A DNA stretch of 56,383 nt from Batkoa obscura (taxonomy: Eukaryota), in NCBI GenBank assembly GCA_030770535.1, contig JASVEC010000107.1:1-56383 (forward strand), in the 5' to 3' direction. The notes below the pieces were generated by a model that saw only the letters and a list, made by a program, of their open reading frames with translations, was not told the origin of the DNA and ran no database searches. Every line of letters starts with the position of its first letter. The stretch's first letter is position 1. The position numbers were made by a program, and so were the translations under genes. Below are positions 54,048 through 56,383 of this stretch, in pieces.

Positions 54048-54424
54048 ATATATTTTATATTGAATACATTTTAAGCGAAATTTGTCTACTTTTAATAGTG
54101 AATTAAAGTAACAAAACGATGTCAAAGATCTTATTGTTAAAAAACTGGTTTAAATAAACATATACTGCTAAAGCAAAAGACTTTCTTGGTGAATTAAACT
54201 TCTGATTTCGAATAATTTAATTTCATGAGAGCCCTCCCAAAAGCGTCTTTAATTAATGTTCTAATATTTTTCATTTCCTGTTTTGAGCCAAGAAATAAAG
54301 AAAACCAATTTTACTTTACTATCCAATAAAAAAGCAGTATAAAATTAGATTGTGTAATCATTATATTAAAAAAATACAAATTTTTTTGCTTCCTAAATAT
54401 TTTGTTATATTTATCAATCGAATC

Positions 54425-54989
54425 ATGATAATGCCAACTGAACTTTCGCCACCATTAGGATCAAATCCCCAAGAATCAAATATTAGCATAAAGTTAAAAT
54501 CCAATTATATAGCAAGTACGGAAATTACTTTTGTAATAACAAAAACAATGATTCAGGGAGATGATAGTTCCAAGCTACAATTACGGAAAGTGTTAATAAT
54601 AACCTATACTGTAAGGTTATTACTACTTTCATCACTTTATTTTGTTGTTTTTTCTATTGCATTATACATTTTTGATCCTTCATCTTTATATTTCTTTATT
54701 AATTTTGCTTCTATATTTATCTTGTTTTTACTCTTATTAGGCCACCAAACATATGTAACTCACTTCATATTTTTTTATAATTTTATTAATCTTCTTATAG
54801 TACTTTATTTACTTCCTTGTATCAATAAAAGATACTCAAACATTCATTAGGTTGAACAAAAAATTGGTAGAGGAATTTGCCTGGAATGAAAGAATTGGCG
54901 AACAAAGTATAGAATTAACTACTCATATTTTACCCCCTCCAAATTATCAACATGCCACTAATTCGCCTCCGGCTTATCAAAGAAATTAG
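54425..54989 (+). CDS. Small membrane protein with two C-terminal PPxY motifs, 2 exons
   Basis: A GTAACT..TAG intron (54756-54800) joins the hydrophobic segments to a tail ending ILPPPNYQHATNSPPAYQRN*. Confidence 0.65.
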
Positions 54990-55900
54990 AAGTGGAACTT
55001 TATCTTAAAAACATCTACCATTAAGATGTTATTTTTACTGCTTTATTTTAGTTAAAAAATCATAATTTTATTCTATTTATTTGTAACGCTTTTGAATTTA
55101 ACGTTTTGATTTGATTTAGTATTATTACTAGACGACTTCTATTCATTGTCATTGCTAATATACAAAATTCCCTTTGTTATTATTTTGATTTATCGTTATT
55201 TTAATAAATCATCTGGCTAAATTTTACTCAGAAAGCTAAAGACCATTTGTAATCAATAAACTTAAAAAAGGCTGAAACTTAGCATTCATGTAAAAAGATT
55301 TATTGTCACATTTTTATGATAGTAGTAATTATTGAGAGTTGGGATAAAACAGTGTTAATCGTTTTCCTATTGAAGCACCCTAAATTAATGATCAATTTAT
55401 AGTCATTGTATTTTATGTTTGTATTAGATGTATATTTCATACCAGCTTTTCTGGAAAGTTCTAACATAACAAAGTATAATTATAGTGCCCTTCATCCCTA
55501 AAGTTTCACACTCATTAATGTTTTCAATAATCCCTCCTATATAGTTTTATAAGTCAATCTATCAATTTTAAACTTTTTCCATAATAACAAAACACTTAGG
55601 AATCTTCAGCTCCTACAAAATTTTCTATGAGTGTTTCAGTAGTTATAAGTAAAATGCGTTCATAGCATTTAATTCAACTGAAATCCTAATCAAAAGTGTT
55701 TAGAATTTACATTTTATATATTCATGAATTAAATTATACTATAAATGATTCTTGATTTTTGTATTAATGCTATATTTAATTAATCACTTAATAAATGAAT
55801 TTGTTATATATTGCAGTATTAGCTTCTATCAGTCAATTTTTAATCATAAATTTTCACTTTTTAGAATTTCACTTATAGATTAGTTATTAAACTAGGAAAT

Positions 55901-55998
55901 GGCAGTGTTTTTTTGACTTCGTTATTTTTTCCATTTTTTAAGCGCTATTTAAGCGGAAAATTTGGTAGTAAAATTTTTAAACATAAAAATATATCCCC
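55901..55998 (-). mobile_element. MITE copy
   Basis: GGCAGTGTTTTTTTGACTTC...AAGCGCTATTT...AAAAATATATCCCC; AAAT on both flanks. Confidence 0.88.
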
Positions 55999-56383
55999 AA
56001 ATATTAAATTTTTATTTTATATCTGACAATGAATATATTTACGTTATCCTTGGATCTTTGGATGAGTTTTATTTTATCACCCATATAATACCGTTATTTT
56101 ATTTATTCCGTTTGATATTTTAAAATCTTTAAACATAAATAATTACTATTACAAAAGCTAAGTATTATCTTTGAAACTAGATAATTTAGAATTGAAGTAT
56201 TTTCTAGATGAAACTTTATTAGAAATCTATTGGAAGCTATAGTATACTTGTTTAACTATTATTATTTAATGACATTTATTAAGACGAACTTTTATAAAAA
56301 CAATAATTCAATCCCAATTCATAGCTACAATTTGAAATAAAATAATAAAAAGTATATTTATACCTTCTTAAATCTGCTAGTTA

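Noticed and set aside
17067..55998. CRISPR-like or SINE interpretation of the ~97-bp repeat
   Set aside because: Copies are dispersed in both orientations with TIRs and 4-bp TSDs; no regular spacers, A/B boxes or poly-A tail

Overview
Very AT-rich, gene-dense fungal DNA with many short GT-AG introns. The gene set suggests an early-diverging fungus, possibly Zoopagomycota/Conidiobolus-like (inference). About 20 protein genes can be read: ALYREF/Yra1 (partial), FNIP/Lst4, VPS53, a gamma-butyrobetaine-dioxygenase-like enzyme, VTA1, a DUF2015 protein, NBP2, ILV2, RFT1, SmD1, a Cup1-like LYR protein, SNRNP35 (U11-35K), MET2, a kinesin-10/KIF22-like motor, a fungal TF-domain protein, acyl-CoA oxidase, an OTU deubiquitinase and two membrane proteins, plus a decayed class-3 lipase. 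Three signals stand out. (1) A compact U11 minor-spliceosome snRNA (50396-50518) lies in the same window as SNRNP35 and SmD1, pointing to a fungal U12-type spliceosome. (2) An intact 2.46-kb Sola-type (Sola2-like) DNA transposon with GGGG termini and an ATAT TSD is accompanied by 14 copies of a ~97-bp MITE with similar ends and a 4-bp TSD; one copy has a visible empty site in a paralogous promoter. (3) A duplicated pair of CENP-B/pogo-HTH genes carries 20-aa Pro/Gln repeats in place of the DDE domain. All gene models and family calls were made by eye from motifs; no database searches were run.
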